Positions 39,048 to 49,101 of a stretch of 64,000 nucleotides of DNA are shown in pieces; position 1 is the stretch's first letter; each line of letters opens with the position of its first letter. Under the pieces are notes generated by a model. That model did no database searches. It saw nothing but the letters and a program-made list of their open reading frames with translations, and had not been told where the DNA came from. Source of the DNA: an uncultured virus (IMG/VR IMGVR_UViG_3300047539_000012) (taxonomy: Duplodnaviria; Heunggongvirae; Uroviricota; Caudoviricetes); IMG/VR virus record IMGVR_UViG_3300047539_000012, one strand, 5' to 3'. Made by a program: the position numbers and the translations under genes.

Positions 39048-41054
39048 GTGATAGCGGAGAATCTAGGGGGATGGTTCGATCTACACCGTCACGACAAGAA
39101 CTACCAGCACCGTGACATGGGTGAGGCTGAGTTCACCGAGCGGGCGAAAACGAGTTTCGACAGACTCACTCAAGATCAACGAACCAAAGTGGTCTCCGTG
39201 GGTTCTATCTACGGGATCAAGAAACTGGAAGACATCCAGCGATTCCGCTTCCTAGCACAGACAAATTTGTTTGCGCTGTGCAAACTCCTTGAGAAATACA
39301 AGGACATGACTGACCACGAGTACATGTGGACTGACGGTCTAACGCACAACACGCACGAGGAGATATGCAACGATTTCTTCGTACGGAAAGACCCGACCAA
39401 GAAGATGTTCAAAGATTTCGCGGCGAAAGAGAACTACATCGAGCAGAAGGATAGATTGCTGCTCGTACCTCGCGGCGGGTTCAAGTCTTCAATGAACATG
39501 GCCGACTGCGTGCAGTGGGTCATCGTACACCCCGAGGTCACGATCCTCGTGCTCACGGGTGTGCTCGACTTGGCGAAAGACTTTGTAGGCGAGATCAAGG
39601 GTCACTTCACTCTTGACGAGGGCGGGACTCCCGGGCTGTTCATCAAGAAGATTAGCCTCAAGCCACGGTATATGCCCGACGGCACGGAGAGCATGTTCCA
39701 AGTTCTCTTCCCCGAGCATTGCATACCGAAGGATGATGGAAAAGGGTATGAGTACCAGACCCCGGCGGTGTTCGCCAGCGAGAAGGAATGCACGGTCAAG
39801 GCGGCATCGATTGAGCAGAACTTGGCTGGATGGCACTATTGCATTCTGAAGTTGGACGACGTCGTGACGAACGAGAACTCACAGACGGCTGACCGTATTC
39901 ACAACATCAACAAACAGGTCAGTATCAACCAAGCCATGATGCACCCGTTCGGATTCTATGACAAGATCGGAACGTGGTACGACACACAGGACACATACGG
40001 GCAGGACATCATCAACCTCAAGAAACACTTAGAGGCGGGCGGGTCGTCCGAGCAGTTCCCGATTAAAATTTACATTCGTGCGGCGTGGTGGCAGAATCCC
40101 ACAGCGAAGGCCCTCGGCTTGATAGAAGCGGAGATGTCCGAGAGTGACTACGACTACTGGTTCAATGTACCGGACAATGAGCACTCGCTAACGTACAAGT
40201 TTCTCTATCACAAGAAGAAGACCGATGAGTACTTTGCAATTAAGTATCTCAACGATCCGACTCAGTTACACGTCATCAAGTTCCCACGGGAGTTGTTGGT
40301 ACGACGTACAATTCCAGCGGCACAGATGCCGACGGTAGCCACGGGAATGATTGTCACCTGTGTGGACACGGCCTATTCGACTAAGTCGTGGGCCGATTAC
40401 ACAGTCATAGCGACGGCCATGATTCTAGGCGGGAGGTTCTTCCTCATCGACCTGAAGCGTGACCGCTACAACGAGTTTGAACTGCCAGCGATGATTGCGG
40501 CGACGGCCCTCCAATGGAAACCTCGGCGCATCTGTATCGAAGAGTCAGTTGGTGTGAAGTGGATGGGCCGCGAGGCCTATAGGGAGATGGACAAGTTGAA
40601 AGTCCGTGTTCCTATCGAATGGGTTTCACTTGGTCAGGGCAAGAAGACCAAGTCGAAGACTGAGAAGGCGGGGCCAGTGCTCAATGCACTAGGTCTGGGG
40701 AACTTGCTATTCCTCAACACCTGTCCTAATCTCGATCAACTTTATGACGAACTGTCTAAGTTCGGTACCGCTGCGGCAACGCACGATGACATCGTGGATG
40801 TACTGGCGATCCTCATCAACCAGTTCTCGGCATACGCCGCGAACGACGCGAAGGTATCTGCGGCTCAGGATGTGTACTTCAATCCGAAGCAGCAAGCAGA
40901 GTACCGACAAGTATTTGAACGGCTGGTTCAGAATCCCGCCAACATGGCGGCATTGGCTTCGAGTTTTCCGGACTCCGCTGATAGCGAACCTTTACCTACA
41001 GGATTCGGGCTAGGGTCAGATGCAGGCGACCCCCTCGCAGACCTGATGGGATAA
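39048..41054 (+). CDS. terL: terminase large subunit
   Basis: LLVPRGGFKSS Walker A; G.H....LDD Walker B; IGT.Y...D.YG; VDTA.......DYT; HDDIVD nuclease motifs. Confidence 0.92.
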   Translation: MIAENLGGWFDLHRHDKNYQHRDMGEAEFTERAKTSFDRLTQDQRTKVVSVGSIYGIKKLEDIQRFRFLAQTNLFALCKLLEKYKDMTDHEYMWTDGLTHNTHEEICNDFFVRKDPTKKMFKDFAAKENYIEQKDRLLLVPRGGFKSSMNMADCVQWVIVHPEVTILVLTGVLDLAKDFVGEIKGHFTLDEGGTPGLFIKKISLKPRYMPDGTESMFQVLFPEHCIPKDDGKGYEYQTPAVFASEKECTVKAASIEQNLAGWHYCILKLDDVVTNENSQTADRIHNINKQVSINQAMMHPFGFYDKIGTWYDTQDTYGQDIINLKKHLEAGGSSEQFPIKIYIRAAWWQNPTAKALGLIEAEMSESDYDYWFNVPDNEHSLTYKFLYHKKKTDEYFAIKYLNDPTQLHVIKFPRELLVRRTIPAAQMPTVATGMIVTCVDTAYSTKSWADYTVIATAMILGGRFFLIDLKRDRYNEFELPAMIAATALQWKPRRICIEESVGVKWMGREAYREMDKLKVRVPIEWVSLGQGKKTKSKTEKAGPVLNALGLGNLLFLNTCPNLDQLYDELSKFGTAAATHDDIVDVLAILINQFSAYAANDAKVSAAQDVYFNPKQQAEYRQVFERLVQNPANMAALASSFPDSADSEPLPTGFGLGSDAGDPLADLMG

Positions 41055-41067
41055 GGAAGGAAATCTC

Positions 41068-43200
41068 ATGGCTGATGAATCTGTACTGACGGCTACCGTC
41101 GTACCTGACGGTGACCCAAACGGCGGGCTGCAGGCGAAAGACTTCGATGCGAAGGGCCAACTACCCATCGACAAAGAACTGACCTTGGTCTGTAAGTCGG
41201 CCCAAATGGCGAATGCGTTCATTGCAAACCGCCAGTGGACTTTGTTGTGGCGCGATGCAGACTTGTTGTTCCAATCGCCACGACCGATGACGGTCTACGA
41301 GAACACTTATGTTCTTGAGCCGAACGTCCAGCGATTCACGGTTGCGAAGGTTTGCAACGCGGTTGTACCGCAACTCTACAAGGGTTTGTTTTACGACGAC
41401 CCACCGATGTTACTTCGGCCACGTCCGGGCACGAGTCAGAAGGCTGTGGATGCGAAGACGGCTTTGTATTCGTTCATCCTCGATCAGTGTCAGTTCAAGA
41501 ACCACGTCAAGTGGGGCCTTGAGCAGATGGCGCACCTTGGAACAGGTATCTTCAAGTGGGGATATGACTGGAACGAGGTAGAAACATACAAGCGGTCGGC
41601 TACGTTCACGAACGTCGAGTCTACGAATCCCGACGGGAGTACGTCTACAACGTCTATCGCTACCGATGAATCACCCAAGATCGAACGCACGGTGAGAGTC
41701 GTGCCGCTACCGTTCTTTGAGCATCGTCCATTGAACAGGGTGCTCGTTGATCCACACTGCGAAGTCTCGGACATCCGAGAAGCAGGCTGGGTTATCGACG
41801 TGCGGTACATGGACTGGTATCAGTTCATCGAACTCAAGAAGTCTATCGTCGGCGCGAAAGACGACGGCGAGAACGGCCTTGCAATCGACGGGTATAAGTT
41901 CCCGTCTGACAAACAGATCAGAGCCATTTGGGAGAGCCAGCCCCGTGCGGGCACCCGACAACTCGATCAGGAGACACAGGTTCGTGGAGTTGTGTTCCAC
42001 TCCGAAGAGATTAACAACGACGCAAGCCCCGACCCATTTAGAACCAAGCTCGAAGTATTAGAGTACTGGGACAAAGGTCGTAAGATCATAGTTCTCAACC
42101 AAGAAAAAGTGATCTTCACGGGCGAGAACGAATTCAAAAAAATTCCGTTCCTGTCATCCAACTGGTGGAATCGCCCCCGGGCATTCTACGGTATGGGTCT
42201 CGGCCTGATCGTTGGCCAGAATCAGCGGGTTGACCAAGGAAGCATCAACGCCATTCTCAAGATACTGAGTTATGGTGTGAACCCGATCTATCTGCGTAAT
42301 AGGGACGACAACGCCCCGACGCAAACCATCCGCACAGGCATCGGCAAGATTCTAAGCGTGACGGATGTGGAGAAATCTTACAAGCTGATGGAGAGTCCGA
42401 AGGTGCCGTCCGATATCTGGGCGGCTCTGAAGGAATCCGAGACAGCGACGGAGAGTTCGTCTGGTGCAGACCAGACGTTAGTCCAAGGTTCCTCTGCTGG
42501 CCCACGGGCTGGCATGGGTCGGTCGGCCACTGGGGCGAACCTAATGGCGGGGGCCAGTGCAACAAGACTGGATGGTCCCTTAGACAACTTCATCGAGCAG
42601 GTCTTCAAGCCGTTCCTTGGCATCATCGAAATGCTGACGTTCACAGTAATGTCAGATAAAGCGATCCTGCACATCCTCGGCAAAGATCAGGGTGCGGATT
42701 TCCTAGAAGGCTTCGACATTCAGGAGTTCCACAACGCCCAGATCGAGTACGAAGTCCTTGCGGGCTCATCGTTGGCTGCGAAGCGGACGATGGCACAGTC
42801 GATGGTTATGCTCACGCAGATTCTCGACAACCCACAGATTCAGCAATCGCTGGCAGAGATCAATCAGGAGTACATCGACTTCAAGCCGATCATCTCCATG
42901 TGGCTCGAAGCCAGTGAGTGGAAGAACAAGAACGACATCATCAAGCCGATGACGGCTGAGATGAAACAGCGCCGGGATGCGAACTCGAAGGCCGCTATGC
43001 AGCAAGGTGCAATGCAGGCCAAGCAGCAAGGCGACCAACAGAAGTTCGTCCAGAAGCAGCAACTCGAAGATCAAGCATCTGACAACCGAATCAAGCGGGA
43101 CATAACCCGTGAGGCCGCTAAGGCCAGCGGAATGTCGGAGACGGTCAATGGAACCCCGTCGCAACAGGGAATCCAAGGGCAGATGCCGAATGTCGAATAA
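41068..43200 (+). CDS. portal protein
   Basis: 710 aa directly after terL; GTG..K.G, VDP, EYW, FYG.G, SATG motifs; Q-rich tail. Confidence 0.85.
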   Translation: MADESVLTATVVPDGDPNGGLQAKDFDAKGQLPIDKELTLVCKSAQMANAFIANRQWTLLWRDADLLFQSPRPMTVYENTYVLEPNVQRFTVAKVCNAVVPQLYKGLFYDDPPMLLRPRPGTSQKAVDAKTALYSFILDQCQFKNHVKWGLEQMAHLGTGIFKWGYDWNEVETYKRSATFTNVESTNPDGSTSTTSIATDESPKIERTVRVVPLPFFEHRPLNRVLVDPHCEVSDIREAGWVIDVRYMDWYQFIELKKSIVGAKDDGENGLAIDGYKFPSDKQIRAIWESQPRAGTRQLDQETQVRGVVFHSEEINNDASPDPFRTKLEVLEYWDKGRKIIVLNQEKVIFTGENEFKKIPFLSSNWWNRPRAFYGMGLGLIVGQNQRVDQGSINAILKILSYGVNPIYLRNRDDNAPTQTIRTGIGKILSVTDVEKSYKLMESPKVPSDIWAALKESETATESSSGADQTLVQGSSAGPRAGMGRSATGANLMAGASATRLDGPLDNFIEQVFKPFLGIIEMLTFTVMSDKAILHILGKDQGADFLEGFDIQEFHNAQIEYEVLAGSSLAAKRTMAQSMVMLTQILDNPQIQQSLAEINQEYIDFKPIISMWLEASEWKNKNDIIKPMTAEMKQRRDANSKAAMQQGAMQAKQQGDQQKFVQKQQLEDQASDNRIKRDITREAAKASGMSETVNGTPSQQGIQGQMPNVE

Positions 43201-43281
43201 GATGTGCTGTCGGCTGCCAATGAAGCCGACCCGGGACGCCAGCGGGCCGCGAGGCACTGGCGAAACTTCTAGGAGGGGTGT

Positions 43282-43641
43282 ATGGAGAGTCCTGATCTAG
43301 CCAAGATTGGCATGGAACCTCTGACTAAGTTCGACCAACGTCAGAGGTCGATCATCGCAGGCACCGTGAACGGAGAATTCTTCGGTCTGATCCAGCGGAT
43401 GTTGGAAGACCAACTGAAACTGTTCAACCAGCGGCTGATTAACACGGAGAATTCTAACGCCGCAGAGGTTGTCTCCAATCACGCAATGGCTAAGGCTTCA
43501 GGTATGGTTTACACCGGCCTATTGCAGAGAATCTCCGAAGAGATTGCACTGGCAGCGAATGAGGCTTCGACGATTGGGTCTATCTCTGATCCAGAGCGTC
43601 CGTACTACCCGTCCGAGTTTTCTGGACAGGAATCGTTCTAA
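43282..43641 (+). CDS. hypothetical head-module protein
   Basis: GGAGG RBS; between portal and scaffold. Confidence 0.65.
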   Translation: MESPDLAKIGMEPLTKFDQRQRSIIAGTVNGEFFGLIQRMLEDQLKLFNQRLINTENSNAAEVVSNHAMAKASGMVYTGLLQRISEEIALAANEASTIGSISDPERPYYPSEFSGQESF

Positions 43642-43660
43642 ATAACCGGAGGAGGTTATC

Positions 43661-44818
43661 ATGGCAAAACTTACGTTACAGGAAGTGAACAAGATGTCGG
43701 CGTCGGAGTACTCGAAGCGTATGAGCGACCCGACCTTCATCGAAGAAGTCAACGCACTTATGGTCGTGACGGCCCCGATCATTGACCCAGAGACGGGGAA
43801 GCCGATTGGTGAAGTCGCCATCGACCCCGAAACGAATTTACCCGCCGTCCCGAAGACGGCAGTGGAGACGGTTCCGTCCACTGCGGTGCTCGCCCCCGTC
43901 GAAAACGACGTCACACCCGTCGAAAAACGGTACGAATGGCAGCCGACCGACGAAAACGGCAAGTCGTACGGCGGCAAGCAAGTCATCGTCTACACGACGC
44001 CCGACGAACTGACTACGAAGCTCACGGAGCAGAACAACCTTATCTTACGCCGGATGCGTAAGTTGTCACGAGAATCCAAACTCGGGCTAACCCCCGGAGA
44101 GGATGTCCCTGTGAATGCTCCTCGCACCCACTTCACGGAGTTTAAGCCGAAGCAACTGAGTGCAGACGAACGCTTCCAGTTGATTCAGGAGTTGAATGAT
44201 CCTGCGAAGTTCGAGGACGCCAAGATCAGATTAGCCGAAGCGACGTTCGGGGCAAGACCCGAAGTCATCACGAACATGCTGCAAGATAGTCAGCGATTGC
44301 TGCTTGAGCAGAAAGTCATTCGTAGCTTCGACGCCTTTATCGATAACGTGGGCGATAACTTCTACAACGTGGAAGCCAATCGTCTAGTACTAACCGATTG
44401 GATGTGCGCGAGAGACCTTGCCCCCACTCCAGAGAATTTTGAAATCGCCTTGGCGAGAACTGCCGCATTGCAGCTTCCCGCCCCGGTTGTCCAACCGTCA
44501 CAGGCTGTTGTGGATGCCGTCATCCCAACCGTGGAATCGGAACCGAAAGCGAAGGTTCCCGCTGTCGCAGACGCTCGGATTAGCGTTGAAGCACAGTCGG
44601 TACAAACCGCTAGACATCAGACACCATCCGGCTTGAATGATCGAGTATCTTCAGCCAGCGGGAACACTCCCGTGAGTGATCGTTCTCTGACTCTAGCAGA
44701 TGTTGACAGAATGTCAGCCGATAATTATAAGAAGCAGATGTTAGACCCTGCTTTTGCCAGACAGGTAGACCAACTCTACAAAGAGCAGGAATCCCGTCGG
44801 GCGGCCCGCACTCGTTAA
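43661..44818 (+). CDS. scaffold protein
   Basis: acidic and helical; immediately before the MCP; LTL..V..MSA..Y.K.M.DP.F...V repeated at both termini. Confidence 0.7.
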   Translation: MAKLTLQEVNKMSASEYSKRMSDPTFIEEVNALMVVTAPIIDPETGKPIGEVAIDPETNLPAVPKTAVETVPSTAVLAPVENDVTPVEKRYEWQPTDENGKSYGGKQVIVYTTPDELTTKLTEQNNLILRRMRKLSRESKLGLTPGEDVPVNAPRTHFTEFKPKQLSADERFQLIQELNDPAKFEDAKIRLAEATFGARPEVITNMLQDSQRLLLEQKVIRSFDAFIDNVGDNFYNVEANRLVLTDWMCARDLAPTPENFEIALARTAALQLPAPVVQPSQAVVDAVIPTVESEPKAKVPAVADARISVEAQSVQTARHQTPSGLNDRVSSASGNTPVSDRSLTLADVDRMSADNYKKQMLDPAFARQVDQLYKEQESRRAARTR

Positions 44819-44839
44819 CATCTCATGAGGTAACTTATC

Positions 44840-46432
44840 ATGAGTTTCTCCCCAGCAGGCAATCAGTTATCTAACCTGCCCCAGAGCACGGTTAAGTATT
44901 ACGATAGATAGTCGTTTGTCGTAACAAAATCTCCTTTAATTGACTTGAAACCTGAAATGGCAACAAGGCGGAAGCAGACTTGACAAGAGTCGGGCACCGT
45001 GAGAGACTAAACAAGGAGACACACATGCAAACTTCTGAACAGCGAAAAGCTTGGCTCAAACTTAACCGTGCCAAGATGACGGAATATAGCAAGAAGTGGC
45101 GTCAAAGCGAAAGCGGAAAACGTCATGAACTCGCTCGTCACCTGTCCAGAAAGTATGACATGACGATTGAGGATAAGCAGAAAATGTGGGATGAACAGAA
45201 GGGGCTTTGTGCCGTCTGTCTCAGACCACTCCCTGATATCTTTAATCGGGATTGCCAAGTTGAGCATGACCACGCAACGAATAAAGTGCGTAGTTTGGCT
45301 CACTGGTATTGCAACATGGTCGTCGGTGTCATGGAGAAACATTCCGTGCCACTTGAGGGCGTGATTGCGTATCTCAAAGTGATGCGATAGTCCGAACATA
45401 CGGAAAACCAAACCGTATGAGGTTAGCAGAAATGTCTAGCCCGCTGAAGCCTTCAGCAGCGTAACAATCCTGAAACGGTTCCGCGAGAACTTGAAGGCGC
45501 AGACCCCGTTCGTCCGTTGTTCACAGCGTCTGGACTTGCCGAAGAATTCCGGTAACCAGTACGAGATGTTCATGTACGTTCCGCTGGCGGCTCTGACCAC
45601 TCAGACCACCGAAGGAACCGTTGGCTCGTCTTTGAGCGTCAACGTCCTGAACACCACCGCGACAATCGGGGAGTACGCAGATTACGCGAACTTCTCCAGT
45701 CTGTCTTTGGCGACCGCCATCGACAACACTGTCGAGAACGTGGCGAAGGAACTGTCGTATCAGTTGGGCGAGTCCCTGTCGGCTCTGGTCCGTGCGACTG
45801 CAGACGGTGCGAACAGCATCGACTCCAGCGTGCTGATCGAGTTGGCGGCTGCTTCGACCTCCAGTTTCACCGCTCTTTCACTGAGCCAAATCCGAAACGC
45901 CGTCCAGTCACTGGCTGGCCGTTCCGTGAAGCCGTTCATGAAGGACATGTTCGCTGGCGTTATCCACCCGTTCGCCCTTGGCGACGTGCTGGCTGACAAC
46001 AGCAACGATTCCCCCATCGACATCCTGAAGCACACCGCTCAGGGTCAGATGAGCATGGACGAGTTGGTGAGCACCGACCTCGAAGACACAGTTGAACTGC
46101 CGTCTTCCGGCGTGAAGTTCTTCCAGACGAACCTCGTCACCCAGACCGCCAACTACCAAGGCGTGACTGGCCTGACCGCTCTGCGAACGTACATCTTCGG
46201 GCAGGATGGAATCTTCTCCATCAACCTCGGAGCGCAGAACGACACTACGTTCGGTGAAGGACAGTGGCAGAACATCAAGTGCAACGTGGTACAGAACGCT
46301 GCACCGACCGTGGCCGACCCTGAAGGGTTGATCCCGGGATGGACTTCCTACCGCGTTCACTTTACGACCTCGTTGGGTCCGGACACCACGATCCGCATCC
46401 GTGAGATCGACGCGGCTTCGGCCATCAGCTAA
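44840..46432 (+). CDS. major capsid protein (N4-gp56/P22-like), join(44840..44905,45473..46432), 341 aa
   Basis: spliced MSFSPAGNQLSNLPQSTVKYYD|KRFRENLKAQTPF...; LP.NSG, EG, Y.D....S, IHP, DP motifs. Confidence 0.88.
44906..45472 (+). mobile_element. group I intron
   Basis: exon ends in U paired with G in P1 (TTACGAT/GTCGTAA); P10 TCGTTT/AAACGG; P7 GAGACTA...TAGTCC; terminal G; removal restores the reading frame. Confidence 0.9.
45025..45390 (+). CDS. intron-encoded endonuclease VII-family homing endonuclease
   Basis: Q.GLCAVC...VEHDH....VR.L.H..CN; AAGGAG RBS. Confidence 0.85.
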   Translation: MQTSEQRKAWLKLNRAKMTEYSKKWRQSESGKRHELARHLSRKYDMTIEDKQKMWDEQKGLCAVCLRPLPDIFNRDCQVEHDHATNKVRSLAHWYCNMVVGVMEKHSVPLEGVIAYLKVMR

Positions 46433-46531
46433 TAGGAATCGGGACCCCGAAGCGGGACTGGGCTAATAACCCCTCTCGCTTCGCTCCCGGTATCTGATTT
46501 AGCTCCGCTACGGCGGAAGAAAGGTGTTAAC

Positions 46532-47146
46532 ATGCCAAGTTCAAATCCTACGACCGGACTCGGTGTAGCGGCGTATGTCCACATTGCAGGGACGAAGATT
46601 ACGTCTCCCAGTGGCGGAACCACTGTTCACCCGGGCGCGGTGCTGAACCCCGTCAACGGGCAAGGTATCGGAGCCACGGCGGGAAGCGGTTTTCCCGTCG
46701 CACAGTATGCTCTGACGCTGAGTTTGTCGGGCGGAACGGGGGCCTACGGGTCCTACGATTACGGCGATCCGAAGTCCGAAGCGGTTGTGGCATCCCTCGT
46801 GGATGTCCAGAACAACGCTGTGCCAGTATCGGAGTACTACAACGACAACTTCGTGTGGGAGGCGTATTGCGCCCCTGCAGGGGCGGGCGCTCCTGCGTGG
46901 TATCAGCCGAACAACGGTAGCATCGCGGGCAAGAAGTACAATGCCGCTGTCGTTACCCTCGGCGCTTCGTACGGCACGTACGATGCAGATGTGGTCATCA
47001 CTGCGAATGCGGTGGGACAGTGCATCGTCGAGTGTCAGTACCCCGTGTACGACAATTCCCTCGGAGTCAATGACGGGTCTAATCCCGCAACCCAGACTCC
47101 GATCATGATGATCTACGCACAGATCATCGTGACTGTCCTCCCCTAA
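46532..47146 (+). CDS. capsid decoration / Ig-like structural protein
   Basis: directly after the MCP; beta-rich; A.AVGQC.V...IIVTV Ig-like end. Confidence 0.6.
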   Translation: MPSSNPTTGLGVAAYVHIAGTKITSPSGGTTVHPGAVLNPVNGQGIGATAGSGFPVAQYALTLSLSGGTGAYGSYDYGDPKSEAVVASLVDVQNNAVPVSEYYNDNFVWEAYCAPAGAGAPAWYQPNNGSIAGKKYNAAVVTLGASYGTYDADVVITANAVGQCIVECQYPVYDNSLGVNDGSNPATQTPIMMIYAQIIVTVLP

Positions 47147-47163
47147 GGGATGACGAGAAATTG

Positions 47164-47197
47164 AAGGGCGTGCCTAAAAACACGCCCTATCTTTTTA
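47164..47197 (+). terminator. Rho-independent terminator
   Basis: GGGCGTG/CACGCCC stem followed by TATCTTTTT. Confidence 0.7.
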
Positions 47198-47228
47198 CGT
47201 GGCGGCGATGCCACAGAAATGAGAATCT

Positions 47229-48539
47229 ATGTCTTCCTTCGATCCGTACGATCCTACAGCGAATGACCCGAAGCAGACTACCGGACTTGGAATCGCTACG
47301 AACGTGGTGCTTACGGGTCTTGGAGTTCTGCCTATCGTCCCCTTTGTCCCGGGCACGAGAGGCGTATCACAGTTTAAGGTGAGTGTCCCCATCGGCGGTT
47401 TTGTGCAGGTCACCGCACTTCCTGTCGATGATTCGGGCGCTCCAGTTTCGCTGTATCCGCCGGGGACAGGCGGCGGCATTGTCCTTACCCCTCAGGCGAC
47501 CCATCTCGGCACGGCAGCGAATTTCGCTATCCTCGCCCACTCATCCATCGTTGGTAGTGCGGGTGCGGGCTCCGTAATCACAGGTGGAGACGTGGGTCTC
47601 TACCCCGGGACTGCCATATCGAGTTTCCCGCCCGATTACGTGGTTCCCCCGAACGTGCAGCACATCACAGACGCGGCGGCGTTGCAGGCTCAGACTGATT
47701 TGACTGCCGCTATCGCATACTACAGCGGATTGTCGTTCACCGCTCTGGGTAGCGACAACATGAGCGTCAACGGCAACTTGACCGCGAACACGTACAAGGC
47801 AGGCAACTACAGTGGTGGGGCCTTAGACATCCCGACCACGATCTACCTTGACGCTCAGGGAAACCCCCAAGCGGTGTTCGTATTCAAGGCGTCTTCGACA
47901 CTTACGCTGGAAAGCGGGGCACAAGTCGTCCTGCTGAATGGCGCACAGGCGGGTAACGTCTACTGGGTTGTTGGGTCTTCGGCAACCACAGTTTGGAACG
48001 GGATTCAGTCGAACATGGTTGGAACAATCATGGCGTTGGCTTCCGTCACCCTTGGTGGTGGAAACCTCCAAGGACGGGCCTTGGCTTCAACCGCCACGGT
48101 TACTATGTCCACAACGGAACTCATTACGTCTCCGATCCTAGCCTTGGTTCCAAGCGGCGTACCTTACGGTGTCAGCCCCTACGGTTGCAATGCAATCGTG
48201 AAGGCTGCCGCTCCGCTGGGAACATCGCAGGGATACGGATACGAGTTGCTCCCTTCTTGGTACAGACCGAATCCGTTCGGTGGAGCGAACGTGCTCGGCG
48301 CGAAGGCTTATGCGGGATTCGCACTCGATATGGCTTCGGCCACTGTCGATGACGATGACGCTAATCCGTGGACTGTTCGAGGAAGATTCCCCGGACAGGT
48401 CATCATCGACTTCCAGATTCCTACCTTCGGAAATACCGAAGGCCAGAGTCTGGTAGACGTGAATACCGTGATGGACGAAAGTTACATCGATTTAATCGAT
48501 GCCCAACTTATTGTCACCGTGACGGGTGGAACCTCCTAA
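47229..48539 (+). CDS. decoration-protein paralogue with DUF3494 ice-binding domain
   Basis: LGTAANFAILA...GDVG..PGT...A.QAQ.DL..A...LDAQGNP.AVFVF...VVL.NGAQA.NVYW.VGSSAT...GTI.A...GRALA. Confidence 0.85.
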   Translation: MSSFDPYDPTANDPKQTTGLGIATNVVLTGLGVLPIVPFVPGTRGVSQFKVSVPIGGFVQVTALPVDDSGAPVSLYPPGTGGGIVLTPQATHLGTAANFAILAHSSIVGSAGAGSVITGGDVGLYPGTAISSFPPDYVVPPNVQHITDAAALQAQTDLTAAIAYYSGLSFTALGSDNMSVNGNLTANTYKAGNYSGGALDIPTTIYLDAQGNPQAVFVFKASSTLTLESGAQVVLLNGAQAGNVYWVVGSSATTVWNGIQSNMVGTIMALASVTLGGGNLQGRALASTATVTMSTTELITSPILALVPSGVPYGVSPYGCNAIVKAAAPLGTSQGYGYELLPSWYRPNPFGGANVLGAKAYAGFALDMASATVDDDDANPWTVRGRFPGQVIIDFQIPTFGNTEGQSLVDVNTVMDESYIDLIDAQLIVTVTGGTS

Positions 48540-48639
48540 TTCTAAAGGATTTAACACCCACAATAATCTCTGGATTAATTACCCACGAGAAGGGGTGGTG
48601 CCAGTAACGCCACCCCAAATTCTTTACTGGAGAATAAAA

Positions 48640-49101
48640 ATGCAAACAAACGCACAACGACAGGCGAAGTACCGAGCAGAACATCTAGATGAATGTCGGG
48701 AACGGGAACGCTCCTGTACCCAACGACAACGAGATAATGCTTCACCAGAATGGACTAGAAGACAATCTTGGTTGGCCGTGGGGCGGGTTTATAAGTACCG
48801 CTACGGGCTAACACGAGAACGGTACGAGGCTAAACTAGCTTCCCAGAATAATTTGTGTGGCATGTGTCATAAGCCATTCGACTTCTCTCAGCGGGCAACC
48901 AGTCCCGCACTCGACCATAATCACAAGACTAAACAACTCCGTGATTTTGTTCATCACCGTTGCAACCTTGCCTTAGGACATCTACTCGAAAGTGTGGATA
49001 ACGCCCGGTTCGCAGCGGAATACTTGGAGAAGCATCAGGAGGGATTATGTCGAACTCAGCGGAACGCAAGCACGGGCAGAACTTCAACATTGCTCAGGTG
49101 A
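48640..49101 (+). CDS. free-standing endonuclease VII-family endonuclease
   Basis: YGLT..Y.....Q...C..C...LDHNH....R..VH..CN..LG. Confidence 0.85.
   Translation: MQTNAQRQAKYRAEHLDECRERERSCTQRQRDNASPEWTRRQSWLAVGRVYKYRYGLTRERYEAKLASQNNLCGMCHKPFDFSQRATSPALDHNHKTKQLRDFVHHRCNLALGHLLESVDNARFAAEYLEKHQEGLCRTQRNASTGRTSTLLR

Noticed and set aside
48540..49101. Second group I intron around the EndoVII ORF
   Set aside because: No P7 elements were found, and the flanking genes are complete.
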